Of a DNA stretch of 35,368 nucleotides, positions 34,258-35,368 are shown one piece after another. The notes under the pieces were generated by a model that was not told the origin of the DNA, did not search any database, and saw only the letters and a program-made list of their open reading frames with translations. The translations under genes and the position numbers were made by a program. The stretch covers positions 1-35,368 of the IMG/VR virus record IMGVR_UViG_3300035038_000021; one strand, 5' to 3'. The first letter of the stretch is position 1; each line of letters opens with the position of its first letter. Origin of the DNA: a virus.

Positions 34258-34282
34258 TGTGCCATAACTCCATGTGTGCCTT

Positions 34283-34753
34283 TCACGCCTTAGCCTCTAA
34301 TGTCGATTCAATTAATGCTCTGATTTCTTCTTCGCTTGCCTGGCGTTCAACGAAATCAGTAATAGTATCTCTTGATACCCCGTATTTTTCCGAGAGATGG
34401 GTTACCCTCATTTTGTTAATACGAGGTTCAAATCTGGATTTGCGAATAAAATTAGATATGTCCTCAACAGCTATATTTACTCTTTCCTGCTGCTGTGATT
34501 GGATTGCGTCACGTTCTTCTTGCTCGGCATCAAGCCTGACGATCTTTTCCCCGATTACATCCAACCGGGCATCTATGGAATCCCTCTCGCGTTTCAATTC
34601 TTCGAATTCACGCTTAAGAGTCTCCAAGTCATTGCTGGCTGCACCCAACAGGACATCCAGCCCAGTGTTGAATGCTTCCGAGAAGGTATATCCTGACGAT
34701 TGTATCTTTGCCATCTTGTCAGGATTGCCTGCAACTGTGGTGGTTCTTTTCAT
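34283..34753 (-). CDS. Coiled-coil protein with possible N-terminal ribbon-helix-helix
   Basis: Heptad-rich centre; co-oriented between the origin-like element and mcm. Confidence 0.7.
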   Translation of the reverse strand: MKRTTTVAGNPDKMAKIQSSGYTFSEAFNTGLDVLLGAASNDLETLKREFEELKRERDSIDARLDVIGEKIVRLDAEQEERDAIQSQQQERVNIAVEDISNFIRKSRFEPRINKMRVTHLSEKYGVSRDTITDFVERQASEEEIRALIESTLEAKA

Positions 34754-34845
34754 TTCTTACAACTCCCATAACTATTTCTTAGTATTATAGTATAATATAT
34801 TACTCATATATATGCTTTGTGTATATTATCATATATATAGCGTAT

Positions 34846-34960
34846 ATCTCTAAAATCTCTCTCTATATCTCTCTCTATAAAGATATAATATAATATAATA
34901 TAATATACCATCTTAGAGAGAGACTCTAAGAGATATTTATCTCCACTTGAAATAGAGGTA
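34846..34960. other. Putative replication origin 2 or ORB-containing control region
   Basis: (CT)n tracts, (TAATA)n and TCCACTTGAAAT at 34942-34953; inverted homologue of part of 21303-21375. Confidence 0.6.
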
Positions 34961-35089
34961 TATATTGTATATCGAACTATGTCCTATTTTGCAGCACCTC
35001 CGGTCAAATATGTCATAGAATAATCGCAATTCAGGATGAGGTATAAGCGAAAACAAAAAATATGTCGGACAATATAGAATTGTCCTCAT

Positions 35090-35191
35090 TTAGGGGGAAT
35101 CGGAATCTAAAAAACGATTCAACTTCTGCTTTGCTTCCCTTGCTCTAATGTAATCCCTGATTACAGGTAAGTTCTTTATAAAATCAAACAT
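35090..35191 (-). CDS. 33-aa peptide (MFDFIKNLPV...)
   Basis: GGAGG RBS; translated by hand; followed by a degenerate boundary repeat. Confidence 0.4.
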   Translation of the reverse strand: MFDFIKNLPVIRDYIRAREAKQKLNRFLDSDSP

Positions 35192-35241
35192 TTAGTTTCC
35201 TCCCAGTTCAGTATATTTCGCCATCTTCTGTTTCCATTATG

Positions 35242-35368
35242 CTCATTCTGTTGTCCTCCTTATCCATTTCAAATAATATTCTTTCTCAATTTTCAGGTCC
35301 TCTAATCTCCGTACAGCTCCCGAAACTCCCACATATCGGTTACATTTGCCACATCTGTTGCACATTTG
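35242..35368. repeat. 127-nt exact repeat, copy 2 (contig end)
   Basis: Identical to 481-607. Confidence 0.95.

Larger units (their letters stand above)
481..35241. mobile_element. Circular or circularly permuted archaeal tailed virus genome (about 34.8 kb), siphovirus-like
   Basis: Terminase, portal, protease/scaffold, capsid, connector, tail-tube and tape-measure genes plus an archaeal MCM; an exact 127-nt repeat closes the circle. Confidence 0.9.

Overview
The window looks like an essentially complete genome of an archaeal head-tail (siphovirus-like) virus. The host is most likely a Methanosarcinales-type methanogen; this is inferred from an archaeal MCM, an archaeal-type thymidylate synthase fold, TATA/ORB-like elements and GGAGG/GGTGA ribosome-binding sites. 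An exact 127-nt repeat (481-607 = 35242-35368) closes a 34,761-bp circle, and 1-480 is an alternative branch. Modules: accessory/anti-defence cassettes (1-3006), a plus-strand recombination block (3118-6552), tail (6518-13266), head and packaging (18927-32132), and MCM replication (32161-34960). The headline observation is a virus-encoded Snf7-like ESCRT-III gene translationally coupled to an MIT-domain Vps4/CdvC-like AAA+ ATPase. The pair follows two small membrane proteins and sits inside the virion morphogenesis operon, making it a candidate viral membrane-remodelling or egress system. Other notable signals: an orphan DGR-type variable region on a C-type-lectin fibre, two ORB-bearing origin-like elements, a thymidylate synthase homologue with the dCMP-specificity Asp, an 18-bp gene-boundary repeat flanking accessory genes, a -1 frameshift site with hairpin, two tail-tube paralogues, a papain-like protease ending the tail operon and a tRNA-like element. 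All family calls come from motif recognition by eye; no database searches were run.
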